56,033 bases of DNA. Origin: Oscillospiraceae bacterium. Its GTDB lineage: Bacteria; Bacillota; Clostridia; Oscillospirales; Ruminococcaceae. Below the pieces are notes generated by a model. That model made no database searches, was not told where the DNA came from, and saw only the letters and a program-made list of their open reading frames with translations. Positions 38,823 to 49,435 of the stretch are shown piece after piece (positions within the stretch are counted from its first letter, which is position 1; each line of letters opens with the position of its first letter). The DNA lies in contig JBJFGA010000161.1 in NCBI GenBank assembly GCA_051892275.1, positions 1-56,033 of the forward strand, in the 5' to 3' direction. The translations under genes and the position numbers were made by a program.

Positions 38823-39715
38823 CGCTTGTAGTCCTGGCGGCGGGCATGGGAACGCGCTTCGGCGAGAGGATAAAGCAGCTTGAACCGCTGGGTCCGGAGG
38901 GAGAGCTGCTGATAGATTATTCCGTTTACGACGCAATACGTGCGGGCTTCGACAGGGTGCTGTTCATTATCCGAAAGGATATCGAGCAGCTTTTCAAAGC
39001 GACTATCGGCGCGCGGGTAGAGAAACGTATTCAGACCGACTACGTTTTCCAGTCGCCGGATCAGATCCCCTGCCGCAGCGGGGATTTCCCGGGCAGGACA
39101 AAGCCGTGGGGCACTGCGCAGGCTCTTTACTGCTGCCGTGACGCGCTTCATGAGCCGTTCGCGATAGTCAACGCCGATGATTTCTATGGCAGGGACGCGT
39201 TTATGCGGCTGGGTGAGTTCCTGAAAAACTTCACCGCAGACGCCTGCTCGGTGGGTTTTTTGCTGAAGAACACCCTGTCCGATTACGGCACGGTGAACCG
39301 CGGCGTCTGCATGACAGATAATGACGGGCTTCTCACCCAGGTCGAGGAGACCAAGAGGATAGGCAAAGACCCGGACGGAGTTATCTCCGGGGACTACAAC
39401 GGCGAAAAGCGCATACTCTGCGAGGACGATACAGTGTCCATGAGTATGTGGGGCTTCGGCGCGGACTTCATGCCGCGACTTACCCGGCAGCTGGCTGCGT
39501 TCCTTGAAAAGCTCCCGGCGGACGAGCAGAAGGCAGAGCTTACCATTGCGGACGCAGTGGACGCCGAGATACACCAGAACGGCTTCAGGGTGCGCAATAT
39601 TGCCACGGACAGCCGCTGGTTCGGGATAACCTATGAGGCGGACACGGTTTCTGCCCGGGAGACCCTTAGAAACAGCGTAGACGCCGGGGTGTACACCTCC
39701 CCGCTATGGAAGTAA
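38810..39715 (+). CDS. Sugar-phosphate nucleotidyltransferase family protein
   Basis: LAAGMGTRFG..KQ, KPWGT, NADDFYG, WFGITY. Confidence 0.9.
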   Translation: MAKMTLVVLAAGMGTRFGERIKQLEPLGPEGELLIDYSVYDAIRAGFDRVLFIIRKDIEQLFKATIGARVEKRIQTDYVFQSPDQIPCRSGDFPGRTKPWGTAQALYCCRDALHEPFAIVNADDFYGRDAFMRLGEFLKNFTADACSVGFLLKNTLSDYGTVNRGVCMTDNDGLLTQVEETKRIGKDPDGVISGDYNGEKRILCEDDTVSMSMWGFGADFMPRLTRQLAAFLEKLPADEQKAELTIADAVDAEIHQNGFRVRNIATDSRWFGITYEADTVSARETLRNSVDAGVYTSPLWK

Positions 39716-39746
39716 CAGTGAAGTAATAGTCACAGGAGCGGTCATT

Positions 39747-40871
39747 ATGATAATTGTACCGATAGATAATCTCACCGAGGGCATGGTGCTTGCCAGAGAT
39801 GTTGCCTCTACATCTGCAAGGGATTACAAGACCCTGCTGATGAAGGGCACGGTGATAACCGCAGACATGATCACCTTGCTGAAAAGCAAGGGCATCAAGA
39901 CTGTCACCATCAAGGGCGAGGAAGCTGCCGGGCAGAAGCCGGTGCAGCTGCCCATGGAGGAGCGCTCCCATGTGGAAACCGCCGAGCAGATAAAGAACCA
40001 GCATATCGGCAGGGCGCTGAACGAGCTTAGCTCGGTGTTTGAGCATAACGGAGAGATAAAAGAGCTGTCCCAGAAAGCTATCGAGCAGGTGGACAGGATC
40101 GCGGACGATATCCTTGTGGATATCGGAAACGACTCCTCCTACCTCGGAAATCAGATGATCGCGCTCCAGAACTACGATGACTACACCTACAAGCACTGCC
40201 TGCGCGTGGCTATGCTGTCCACGAGCATCGCGCACGAGCTGGGGTTGTCGCCGGCAGATATCAAGGAGGTCATAGTTGCGGCGCTGCTGCATGATATCGG
40301 CAAGTCCAACATCGACCACGAGATAATTGTTAAGCCGGGAAAGCTGACCGAGGAGGAGTACGAAAAGATCAAGAAGCACCCCTACATCGGTTACGAGATA
40401 CTGAAAAAGACCGGCGGTTACAGCTCAAACGTAATGGCGGGCGTACTGTTCCATCAGGAGAAGTTCGACGGCAGCGGCTATCCCACCGGGCTTGCCGGGA
40501 AGAAGATACCGCTGGTGGCGCGTATCCTGACCGTGGCGGACGTGTTCGACGCGCTGACCTCAAACCGCCCCTACCGCCGCCCCTGGTCGGTGGCGGAAAC
40601 CGAGGAGTACATGCTGGGCGGCTGCGGAATGCACTTTGACTATGATGTTACCGCGGCATTCCTGCGGTCGTTCAACCCCTATCCGGTGGGAACGATGGTG
40701 TCTTTGTCAGACGGCAGGCACGGCGTGGTGATAAGGCACAACGCAAACGTCCTGCGGCCGGTGATAAGGATACGCGGCGAGAATACCGCCGAGGAAATAG
40801 ACCTAAGCAACGATTTCCGTTTCCTGTCGCTGATGGTAACGGGAATTTACAGCGGAAACTATGCAATATAA
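39747..40871 (+). CDS. HD-GYP cyclic-dinucleotide phosphodiesterase
   Basis: YTYKH..RVA, LLHDIGK, HQEKFDGSGYP, ADVFDALTS.RPYR. Confidence 0.93.
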   Translation: MIIVPIDNLTEGMVLARDVASTSARDYKTLLMKGTVITADMITLLKSKGIKTVTIKGEEAAGQKPVQLPMEERSHVETAEQIKNQHIGRALNELSSVFEHNGEIKELSQKAIEQVDRIADDILVDIGNDSSYLGNQMIALQNYDDYTYKHCLRVAMLSTSIAHELGLSPADIKEVIVAALLHDIGKSNIDHEIIVKPGKLTEEEYEKIKKHPYIGYEILKKTGGYSSNVMAGVLFHQEKFDGSGYPTGLAGKKIPLVARILTVADVFDALTSNRPYRRPWSVAETEEYMLGGCGMHFDYDVTAAFLRSFNPYPVGTMVSLSDGRHGVVIRHNANVLRPVIRIRGENTAEEIDLSNDFRFLSLMVTGIYSGNYAI

Positions 40872-40883
40872 AGGAGAATTATT

Positions 40884-41357
40884 ATGGTAGTGATTGAAAT
40901 GAATGACGGAAAGAAGATCAAGCTGGAGCTTTACCCCGAGAAAGCGCCGATAACTGTCGAGAACTTCCTCAAGCTGGTGAAGGAGGGCTTCTACAACGGG
41001 CTGATCTTCCACAGAGTTATCAAGGATTTCATGATACAGGGCGGCGACCCGCAGGGCACCGGCATGGGCGGCGCTAAGGACAAGATAAAAGGCGAGTTCC
41101 TCATGAACGGCGTGCCTAACGATATCCGTCACGAGCGCGGCGTAATCTCCATGGCGAGGGCGCAGAACCCCAACTCCGCAAGCTCCCAGTTCTTTATCGT
41201 GCACAAGGACGCGTTCTATCTCGACGGTCAGTATGCGGCTTTCGGCAGGGTAGTTGAGGGCATGGACGTGGTTGACGAGATCGCCGGCGTAAAGACCGAC
41301 TTCAACGACAGACCGCTTAACGACGTCGCAATGAAGCGCGTTTATGTAGAAGAATAA
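40884..41357 (+). CDS. Cyclophilin-type peptidyl-prolyl isomerase
   Basis: FHRVIKDFMIQGGDP, SMAR, SQFFI, FGRV.EG. Confidence 0.95.
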   Translation: MVVIEMNDGKKIKLELYPEKAPITVENFLKLVKEGFYNGLIFHRVIKDFMIQGGDPQGTGMGGAKDKIKGEFLMNGVPNDIRHERGVISMARAQNPNSASSQFFIVHKDAFYLDGQYAAFGRVVEGMDVVDEIAGVKTDFNDRPLNDVAMKRVYVEE

Positions 41358-41525
41358 TAATTCACGGCTGCGAATTATCTTCATTGGCAGGACACTGCCG
41401 GAGGGAATGTCGCAGCCGTAATTATTTTGACTGGATCTTTGTGTATTTTTACTATAATGCGGGTATAAATAAATCATAATTTGTCAATAATCCGGGTAAT
41501 AATTCAGTTTTCAGCGCTTGTGCTA

Positions 41526-41554
41526 TTGACAAAATTGCCGTTTTATAGTATTAT
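41526..41554 (+). promoter_or_regulatory. Sigma-A promoter upstream of deacetylase-bactofilin-atp genes
   Basis: TTGACA-N17-TATTAT. Confidence 0.75.
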
Positions 41555-41653
41555 TAAAGAATAGGAATATAGGGATCATTCTGTTCAAAAATAAGGACAA
41601 CGCACGCTTTGTATCGCACGGGTGTGCTTGTGACAATATTAAGAGGTCTGAAA

Positions 41654-42769
41654 ATGCAGTTTGGCAGTGTGGCATTCTTCAAAATGCTAATAAAAATCGT
41701 TCTCGCCATAGTGTTCTTTGTTCCGCTGGTGCTGTGCATTGTGTTCGCGGTGCTTCTCTGGAACAAGAACGCTGTGGTGGACGAAATAAAGCAGGACAAC
41801 GAACGTCTTGAACAGGACAACGAACGTCTTGAATACTATGCCGCCATTCTTAGCGGCGAGCGTGAGCCCACCGTCAAGGGCTTCTATGACGTGTATTCCC
41901 GCAGCGGGCTTTCTGATGAGGAGCTGGTGGAGTACATCACGAACGGTAAGGACGGCGGTGAAATTCCCGTAATAGCGACTGAACCGGCAAACCCGGAGAA
42001 CGGTGACGCCCTCTCTCAGCCGGTGCTTATCGCGACAGATGAAGTGGATATCATCACCGTGGAGCAGGCAGAGCCGGTGAGCCAGTACGCGGACATCTAC
42101 CCGGATATGGAGGTAACTCCCCCGGCGGAGGGCGAGTATGTACGGGAAACAGGTACGGTGTACCTCACCTTTGACGACGGTCCGTCCCAGAACACCTACA
42201 CCATTCTTAGCTATCTTGAGCAGTATAACATAAAGGCGACCTTTTTTGTTGTTCCCACCCGGACGGACGGCTGCTATGAGAAGCTGCGCGCTATTTCACA
42301 GGCTGGACACACCATCGGCGTTCATAGCGCCACCCATGAGTATGAAAAGATCTATTCCTCGGTGGAGGCGTATCTTGAGGACTTCCACGAGGCGTGGGAT
42401 ATCATCTATGATGCGACAGGGATAAAGACGGAATTGTTCCGCTTCCCCGGAGGCAGCGTCAATGATTTCAACGCAGACACAAGAGATCACATAATTCAGG
42501 AAATGACCCGAAGAGGCTTCCGTTATTTCGACTGGAACGTTGACAGCAACGACGCCGGCGGCGCAAACTGGACGGAGATGTACAACTCCATTCCGGCGGA
42601 TATCGCAGAGAATTACCGCTCGGTGGTGCTTATGCACGACTCCGCTTCAACACCTAACACGGTGCTGGTGCTGGGCGATGTGCTTCAGGTGCTGACCAGA
42701 GAGGACTATAAATTCGATAAGATAAACAACGACACGCTTCCGGTGCAGTTTACCGGACCGTTTGCGTAA
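41654..42769 (+). CDS. Membrane-anchored polysaccharide/peptidoglycan deacetylase (CE4)
   Basis: TFDDGP, HSATH, FRFPGG, DWNVDS.D, VLMHD; N-terminal TM helix. Confidence 0.92.
   Translation: MQFGSVAFFKMLIKIVLAIVFFVPLVLCIVFAVLLWNKNAVVDEIKQDNERLEQDNERLEYYAAILSGEREPTVKGFYDVYSRSGLSDEELVEYITNGKDGGEIPVIATEPANPENGDALSQPVLIATDEVDIITVEQAEPVSQYADIYPDMEVTPPAEGEYVRETGTVYLTFDDGPSQNTYTILSYLEQYNIKATFFVVPTRTDGCYEKLRAISQAGHTIGVHSATHEYEKIYSSVEAYLEDFHEAWDIIYDATGIKTELFRFPGGSVNDFNADTRDHIIQEMTRRGFRYFDWNVDSNDAGGANWTEMYNSIPADIAENYRSVVLMHDSASTPNTVLVLGDVLQVLTREDYKFDKINNDTLPVQFTGPFA
41792..41833 (+). repeat. Perfect 21-bp tandem duplication (QDNERLE x2)
   Basis: caggacaacgaacgtcttgaa occurs twice in tandem. Confidence 0.95.
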
Positions 42770-42822
42770 AAAGGAAATGAACATCTGCGGTTTGCAGATC
42801 TCGTAAAAGAAAGGATATTGAT

Positions 42823-43830
42823 ATGGGTATCAAGGATAACTTTTCGCAGGCTGTAAAGGAGCTTTGGAAAAAGGACGGTCTTGAGGAAAACGGAAACGAG
42901 AAGGGCGGACAGCCCACAGAGCTTGACAAGTATCTTTCGGGTCAGAACGCAGCAACGGAGCAGCCCGCTCCCGTTCAGCCGGCAGCCCCCGTGCAGCAGC
43001 CGACTGCGCAGGCACAGACCGTGAAACCGGAGCAGCCTATGCAGCAGGCGGCACCTGCCCAGCCCGCTCCCGTTCAGCCGGACGCGAACAGCTACCAGTT
43101 CGGCGGCGAAGCAAATAGCGCGGGCGTTCCGCTGGAAACACCCTACTACCGCAGTCAGCCCGCACCCGAGCCACAGAATGCTGCTCCCGCTCCGGACGTG
43201 AATGCGGCACAGAGAATGGCTGGCGCAGGCAACGGCGCTTACGGCGGCGGATACGGCGGCAATGGCTTTGGCGGTAACGGCGGCAACGGAGGGTATGTTC
43301 CCCCGACAGCGCCGGGCAACTCGATAAACGCCCCCAGCGACACTGACGAGGTGACTGTCATCTCCAGAAACACCGTAATTGACGGAAACGTGCGCAGCCT
43401 TGCCAACATGCAGGTTGACGGAAACATCAAGGGCAATGTCGAGACCACCCGCGATGTGGAGATGTCCGGCAAGATCGTAGGCGATATCAAGTGCAACAAC
43501 GCGAACATGAATTCCGCTGCAATGCAGGGCAACATGAACCTCAAGGGCAAGCTCCGCATGGACAGGGATACCATACTTATCGGCGACCTTACCTCACAGT
43601 ACGCGGACGTAAACGGAAGGATCAGGGGCAAGCTTGAGATAGGCGGAAAGGCTGAACTGAAGCGTGACGCGATAGTGTTCGGCGACATCAACGCTTCCAC
43701 CATTGCGGTTACTGATGGCGCGATAATTCAGGGTTATGTCAACACAACATTCCTGTCCAAGGAGGACAGCCGCAGCGTGTTCCCGGAGGCTATCAGCTTC
43801 GACAGCAAGACCGGCGGTGAAAAGCCCTGA
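42823..43830 (+). CDS. Bactofilin (polymer-forming cytoskeletal protein) with long P/Q/A/G-rich N-terminus
   Basis: TVIS..TVI.GN, VDG.IKGNV, V.GRI.G.L, V.GDI.A..I.V..GA.I.G beta-helix repeats. Confidence 0.88.
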   Translation: MGIKDNFSQAVKELWKKDGLEENGNEKGGQPTELDKYLSGQNAATEQPAPVQPAAPVQQPTAQAQTVKPEQPMQQAAPAQPAPVQPDANSYQFGGEANSAGVPLETPYYRSQPAPEPQNAAPAPDVNAAQRMAGAGNGAYGGGYGGNGFGGNGGNGGYVPPTAPGNSINAPSDTDEVTVISRNTVIDGNVRSLANMQVDGNIKGNVETTRDVEMSGKIVGDIKCNNANMNSAAMQGNMNLKGKLRMDRDTILIGDLTSQYADVNGRIRGKLEIGGKAELKRDAIVFGDINASTIAVTDGAIIQGYVNTTFLSKEDSRSVFPEAISFDSKTGGEKP

Positions 43831-43875
43831 GCACGGAATACATAGCAAAACCCAAGGAAAGGCAGCTTTTTCTCT

Positions 43876-44649
43876 ATGAGCAGTAAAAAACAGAACTCCA
43901 ACAATTTACCTTTAATTGCAACAATAGTAGTGGCGCTCGTGGCGATAGCCCTTGCGGTCACCGCGATAATCATGATGAACAAGGAGCCGGCGCAGACGCA
44001 GACCGGCAATAGCACGACCAGCCAGGCGGTCGATACCTCCTACCTTACGCCTGAATACCGCGAGGAATGCGAGTATGCCGCTCACGACCTTTTGGACGCA
44101 AGCCATGAGATACTGCGGCTGTTCGTCACCGAGGGGCTTTTCCACGAGGACGAGCCGTATGGCAATCTCCCCGAGGACGGCTATTACACCGTAAACAGCA
44201 CTGATTACACATCTCTTGAACAAATTGAGGAGCTGGTGCGCTCTGTCTATATCGAGGACGCAGCGCAGCAGATAATGAAAAACTCCGATGGCAAGGGGCT
44301 TGCGGTGTACGCAAACCGCGAGCAGCTGGTGAGAGTGGAGCAGCCTGATACCACCGCTGAAACCACTGCTGATAGCCAGACCGAGGAGTCCGGCACAAAG
44401 TACGAAACTGTATACAAGTTGGGCATAAGCGCCGATTTCCAGCCGGACGAGGCAAAGAGTTGGTCAAGCTGCGCTATCACGATAGACTATCTTGAAGAGG
44501 GAAGATGCGGTCTGACCGTTTACCTCGACGGCGTGGATTCCAGCAACGGAATTACTGACGAAAACCGCGGTTCTGTCCTTGAAATGACCATGATCAAGCT
44601 GGACGACGGCTGGCGACTTGCTGAATTCGTCACCAGAAGCGCAGACTAA
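43876..44649 (+). CDS. Hypothetical single-pass membrane protein with acidic extracellular domain
   Basis: N-terminal TM helix; stop codon overlaps the next start (TAATG). Confidence 0.8.
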   Translation: MSSKKQNSNNLPLIATIVVALVAIALAVTAIIMMNKEPAQTQTGNSTTSQAVDTSYLTPEYREECEYAAHDLLDASHEILRLFVTEGLFHEDEPYGNLPEDGYYTVNSTDYTSLEQIEELVRSVYIEDAAQQIMKNSDGKGLAVYANREQLVRVEQPDTTAETTADSQTEESGTKYETVYKLGISADFQPDEAKSWSSCAITIDYLEEGRCGLTVYLDGVDSSNGITDENRGSVLEMTMIKLDDGWRLAEFVTRSAD

Positions 44650-44948
44650 TGAGCGGCAAAAAAAGTCCGTTTCAGGCTTACGCGGTCGCGAGCCAGCTGG
44701 CGTTCGTGATACTTGGACCGCTGCTGCTGTTCATTGTCGGCGGGCATTACCTTGTTGAGCGGTTCGCCCTGCCGGATTGGGTGATGGTGGTCTGCATACT
44801 GCTTGGCATACTGTTCATGATAAGCGGGGCATTGACCCACATCATGAAAATGATACGCATGTATGGCAAAGATGACAAGTCAAAATACCGCAGCTATCAC
44901 AGCGACCCGAGGGACAACGACTATTACGACGATCATCAGCACAAGTGA
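44649..44948 (+). CDS. AtpZ/AtpI-family (ATPase gene 1) membrane protein
   Basis: SQLAF.I..P.L....G.YL...F with two TM helices, at the head of the atp genes. Confidence 0.8.
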   Translation: MSGKKSPFQAYAVASQLAFVILGPLLLFIVGGHYLVERFALPDWVMVVCILLGILFMISGALTHIMKMIRMYGKDDKSKYRSYHSDPRDNDYYDDHQHK

Positions 44949-44957
44949 GGTGCATTT

Positions 44958-45377
44958 ATGGCGAAAAAAACGAATGTCACCAACGATGAGCTGCGCAGTA
45001 TGCTGCCGTGGCTTCTCGCGCTGAACGGCGTTTACTTTGTGCTCCTGCTGGTGCTTTTCTTTGCCGGCGGGTTTGATTACACGCTGCTGCTGGGCGGCGT
45101 ATGGGGGAACGTTGTCGGGATAGGAAACTTCTGGCTGTTGGGGAAGTCCGCGGAAAGCGCGCTCCGCCGACGGGACGCAAAGTCCGCACGCTCATACATG
45201 AACACTATGTACTGTATCAGATACCTCGGAATGTTTCTTGCGCTGACTCTGGCGGCGGTTCTGCCGTTCATCAGCGTTATAACCGCTGCTCTGCCGCTGT
45301 TCTTCCCGAGGATAGCAATTACACTGAAAGCTCTCTGGGAAACTCGTTCAGAACGCAGAAAGGGCTGCGGCGAGTGA
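44958..45377 (+). CDS. atpI: ATP synthase subunit I
   Basis: Four TM helices, NFWLL, Y.IRY, PLFFPRI; position before atpB. Confidence 0.85.
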   Translation: MAKKTNVTNDELRSMLPWLLALNGVYFVLLLVLFFAGGFDYTLLLGGVWGNVVGIGNFWLLGKSAESALRRRDAKSARSYMNTMYCIRYLGMFLALTLAAVLPFISVITAALPLFFPRIAITLKALWETRSERRKGCGE

Positions 45378-45445
45378 GCCAAAATAAATAATGCATTCTC
45401 CCCGCACTGCGGGAAAAAAATAAAGTAAAGGAGGACTGATAGATA

Positions 45446-46159
45446 ATGCCGGCAGCTTTGCTTATGGCGTCGGAAGCCAGCTTTACGGTAAACGGTCCAC
45501 ATATTGTGCACCAGTTTGAACTGTTCGGGATAACGTGGAACCTCACTGAAACAGTCGTGATTCAGTGGATAGTGATGCTTATTCTGCTGGTGGTAATGCT
45601 TATCATCACCCACAAGATGGAGGTAATACCCAAGACCCGCCGTCAGGTGATGGCAGAGTGGATAGTCACTTTCGCTCAGGGTATGGTCGATACCACGATG
45701 GGTCCGAAGTACCGTGGCTACACCACCTACATCGGCTCGTTGATATGCTTCCTGATCCTGAACAACCTGATGAGCCTGTTCGGTCTGAAGAACCCGACCT
45801 CGGATATTTCAGTGACCGGAGCAATCGCGATAATCACCTTTGTGCTGACCCAGTACAACCGCGCGAAAACCGGCGGCTTCAAGGGGTATTTCAAAGCGTT
45901 TGTTGACCCGATGCCGTTCATGCTTCCGTTCAACATCATCGGCGAGATAGCAAACCCCGTTTCGCAGGCGCTGCGTATCTTCGGCAACATGGTGGCTGGT
46001 ATGGTAATCGGCGGACTGATCTACTTCGCGCTGGGCAACTTCGCGATACTCATTCCGGCGATAACGTCGCTGTATTTCGACATCTTCTCGGCGATAATAC
46101 AGGCGTATATCTTCACAACGCTCACCATGGCGTATATTTCTGGTGCGGAATGCGAATGA
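45446..46159 (+). CDS. atpB: ATP synthase Fo subunit a
   Basis: PTSD, PFNIIGEIA.PVS.ALRIFGNM, IQAYIF..LT..YI. Confidence 0.96.
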   Translation: MPAALLMASEASFTVNGPHIVHQFELFGITWNLTETVVIQWIVMLILLVVMLIITHKMEVIPKTRRQVMAEWIVTFAQGMVDTTMGPKYRGYTTYIGSLICFLILNNLMSLFGLKNPTSDISVTGAIAIITFVLTQYNRAKTGGFKGYFKAFVDPMPFMLPFNIIGEIANPVSQALRIFGNMVAGMVIGGLIYFALGNFAILIPAITSLYFDIFSAIIQAYIFTTLTMAYISGAECE

Positions 46160-46200
46160 CCGCACGAATAAACACGACTTTTCTCCCCGCAGGGGGATAG

Positions 46201-46527
<327 letters not shown>

Positions 46528-46564
46528 GGAATTACAGTTGCATAAAGGGAGGAGTTGAACAAGA

Positions 46565-47098
46565 ATGCTGACACTTATCAGTGAAAGCGCGGCGCAGACA
46601 AATCTGGCGCTGGTCACGATCGACCCCGGAACGATAGTGTTCACTCTGATAAACACCCTCATCATATTCATTCTTTTCAGAATTTTCCTGTTTAAGCCGG
46701 TCTGCAAGATACTTGACAAGCGCAAGGAAATGGCTGCGGCGGAGATCTCCGAGGCGCAGCGCGCAAAGGAGTCTGCACAGAAGACCGAGCAGGAATACCT
46801 TGAAAGACTCGCGAATGCCAAGGAGGAAGCCGCTGAAATCATGAAGCAGGCTACCGCAAGAGCGCAGAAGCGTGAAGAAGAGATAGTGAACGAGGCAAAT
46901 CAGAAGGCTGCTGAGATCAAGGCGAAGGCTGAAGAAAGCATTGCGCGTGAAAAGCAGCGTGCGGTCAACGAGATAAAGGACGAAATATCCGATATCGTCA
47001 TCATGGCAGCGTCAAAGGTCGTTGAGAAGGAAATTTCGGCTAAGGACAACGAAGCTATAATCGCGGGCTTCCTCGACAGCGTCGGGACTGCGAAGTAA
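46565..47098 (+). CDS. atpF: ATP synthase Fo subunit b
   Basis: TM helix, FKPV.KILDKR, long charged helix. Confidence 0.95.
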   Translation: MLTLISESAAQTNLALVTIDPGTIVFTLINTLIIFILFRIFLFKPVCKILDKRKEMAAAEISEAQRAKESAQKTEQEYLERLANAKEEAAEIMKQATARAQKREEEIVNEANQKAAEIKAKAEESIAREKQRAVNEIKDEISDIVIMAASKVVEKEISAKDNEAIIAGFLDSVGTAK

Positions 47099-47128
47099 GG
47101 CTTTGGAGGGTCAGAAAGGAATTTTTGT

Positions 47129-47680
47129 ATGAACGACAAGGCTGAAAAGGTATATGCCGGGGCGTTCTTTGAGCTGTGTCTGGAGGAAGCCTCCGGCGCG
47201 CTTAAGGACATTCTCGCGGAGCTTGACGGGCTGAACGGGGTATTCTCTGAGAACCCGGATTTCGTGAAGCTGCTGGGAACACCCACAGTGCCTGTCGAGG
47301 AAAAGCTCAGAATGGTAAAGGAGATAATCTCCGATGGAAAGATATCCGAGCTTACCGGAAATCTGCTGTGCGTTCTTACCGAGCGCGGCAGAATGGGCTG
47401 CTTCGGCGGCATTGTAAAGCAGTTCCGCATATTGTATAACGAGCATTTCAAAATCGCAGAGATCACCGTCACTTCAAGCTCCCCGCTGTCGGAGCAGACG
47501 CGTGATAGAATTGCGGCGAAAATGTCCGAGGTCACCGGAAAGACGGTTTCCATCAAGGAAAAGGTCGATCCGGCGCTCATCGGCGGTATCGTCATCGACT
47601 ACGGCAGCACCCGCTACGACGGCAGCGTCCGCACAAGGCTCAATGGACTTAAAAAGGAGCTTGGCGGCGTTATCGCATAG
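47129..47680 (+). CDS. atpH: ATP synthase F1 subunit delta
   Basis: YA.A.FE, VDPALIGG, YDGSVR..L. Confidence 0.95.
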   Translation: MNDKAEKVYAGAFFELCLEEASGALKDILAELDGLNGVFSENPDFVKLLGTPTVPVEEKLRMVKEIISDGKISELTGNLLCVLTERGRMGCFGGIVKQFRILYNEHFKIAEITVTSSSPLSEQTRDRIAAKMSEVTGKTVSIKEKVDPALIGGIVIDYGSTRYDGSVRTRLNGLKKELGGVIA

Positions 47681-47709
47681 CTTAATCTAACAAGAAAGGG
47701 ATGTATTTA

Positions 47710-49218
47710 ATGGATTTACGCCCCGATGAAATAACGGGTCTTATCAAGTCCCGGATAAAGAATTACAACTCAAAGATCCAGCTCGGCGACGTGGGAACGG
47801 TCGTTACTGTCGGCGACGGTATCGTTCGTATCCACGGTCTGGAAAAGTGCATGCTGAATGAGCTTCTCGAATTCGAGAACGGCGTTCAGTGCATGGCGAT
47901 GAACCTCGAGCAGGACTTTGTAGGCGCGGTAATGCTCGGTTCTGACGAGGACATAAAGGAAGGCTCCTCCGTCAAGAGAACAGGCAGCATCGTGTCCGTT
48001 CCTGTCGGCGAGGAGCTGCTGGGACGCGTTGTAAACTCTCTGGGACAGCCAATAGACGGCAAGGGCGCTATTCTCGCGAAGGAGACCCGCCCTATCGAAA
48101 AAATCGCCTCCGGTATCATTACCAGAAAGCCTGTTACTGTGCCTCTCCAGACCGGTATCAAGGCTATCGACAGCATGATCCCGATAGGCAGAGGTCAGCG
48201 TGAGCTTATCATCGGCGACCGCCAGACCGGAAAAACGGCTATCGCTATCGACACTATACTCAACCAGAAGGGTAAGGACGTTATCTGTATCTATGTTGCG
48301 ATAGGTCAGAAGAACTCCACCGTTGCAGGCGTTGTTGAGCAGCTTCGCGCGGGCGGTGCGCTGGATTACTCCATAGTTGTATCCGCTACCGCTTCGGAGC
48401 TTGCACCGCTTCAGTACATCGCGCCTTATTCCGGCTGCACCATGGGCGAGTACTTCATGGAGAAGGGCAAGGACGTGCTGGTGGTTTACGACGACCTCTC
48501 AAAGCACGCGGTAGCTTACAGAACCCTCTCCCTGCTGCTTAAAAGACCGCCAGGACGTGAGGCGTACCCCGGCGACGTCTTCTATCTCCATTCAAGACTG
48601 CTGGAGCGTGCGGCTAGACTTAACGAAAACTACGGCGGCGGCTCTCTGACGGCGCTGCCTATCATCGAAACACAGGCGGGCGATGTTTCCGCTTATATCC
48701 CCACAAACGTAATTTCCATCACCGATGGTCAGATATATCTGGAGTCCGAGCTGTTCAACGCGGGCGTTCGTCCGGCGGTAAACCCCGGTATCTCGGTATC
48801 CCGTGTTGGTGGTAACGCCCAGATAAAGGCGATGAAGAAGGTCGCAGGTACGCTGAAGCTGGACTACTCCCAGTACAGAGAGCTGCAAAGCTTCGCGCAG
48901 TTCGGGTCTGACCTCGACAAGGACACCAAGGATCGTCTGGCAAAGGGCGAACGTATCGTGGAAGTCCTGAAGCAGGATCAGAACTCGCCGCTGGAGGTAG
49001 AGGAGCAGGTAGTTATTATCTACGCGGTAATCAACAACTTCCTCGCTGATATCCCCGTAGATAAGGTAAAGGCTTACCAGCCGGCATTGCTTGACCACAT
49101 CAGGGAAACACACCCGGATATCCTCACCAGCATAAAGACCGAAAAGGTCATGAAGCCGGAGGTCGAGGAGGAACTGAAGGCAGTCCTCACCGACTTCGCA
49201 AAGAGCTTTGTCGGCTGA
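47710..49218 (+). CDS. atpA: ATP synthase F1 subunit alpha
   Basis: [29 protein letters not shown]. Confidence 0.99.
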   Translation: MDLRPDEITGLIKSRIKNYNSKIQLGDVGTVVTVGDGIVRIHGLEKCMLNELLEFENGVQCMAMNLEQDFVGAVMLGSDEDIKEGSSVKRTGSIVSVPVGEELLGRVVNSLGQPIDGKGAILAKETRPIEKIASGIITRKPVTVPLQTGIKAIDSMIPIGRGQRELIIGDRQTGKTAIAIDTILNQKGKDVICIYVAIGQKNSTVAGVVEQLRAGGALDYSIVVSATASELAPLQYIAPYSGCTMGEYFMEKGKDVLVVYDDLSKHAVAYRTLSLLLKRPPGREAYPGDVFYLHSRLLERAARLNENYGGGSLTALPIIETQAGDVSAYIPTNVISITDGQIYLESELFNAGVRPAVNPGISVSRVGGNAQIKAMKKVAGTLKLDYSQYRELQSFAQFGSDLDKDTKDRLAKGERIVEVLKQDQNSPLEVEEQVVIIYAVINNFLADIPVDKVKAYQPALLDHIRETHPDILTSIKTEKVMKPEVEEELKAVLTDFAKSFVG

Positions 49219-49246
49219 CAGGCTCAGCTGTGAAAGGAGCAGATTT

Positions 49247-49378
49247 ATGAAGCAGGCTGCTTTTGTACTTGGAATCATTTCCACAACACTGTCCGTTATT
49301 GCGCTTCTCGGCGTGGCATGGCTGTACATCGAGAAGAAGGTAAAGTATATCACTACGGACGACAACGTTCAGTTTTAA
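49247..49378 (+). CDS. Small 43-aa single-TM protein inside the atp operon
   Basis: AAAGGAG SD 7 nt before ATG; MKQAAFVLGIISTTLSVIALLGVAWLYIEKKVKYITTDDNVQF*. Below the ORF-track length cutoff. Confidence 0.72.
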   Translation: MKQAAFVLGIISTTLSVIALLGVAWLYIEKKVKYITTDDNVQF

Positions 49379-49435
49379 TCAACATGCGGCGGCGGGACGT
49401 TCCTGCCGGCGCAGAAAATATCCGGGGGTGATATT

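Noticed and set aside
41364-41420. Long hairpin after the cyclophilin gene as a novel ncRNA
   Set aside because: Adequately explained as a 3' terminator or stabilising stem; single copy.
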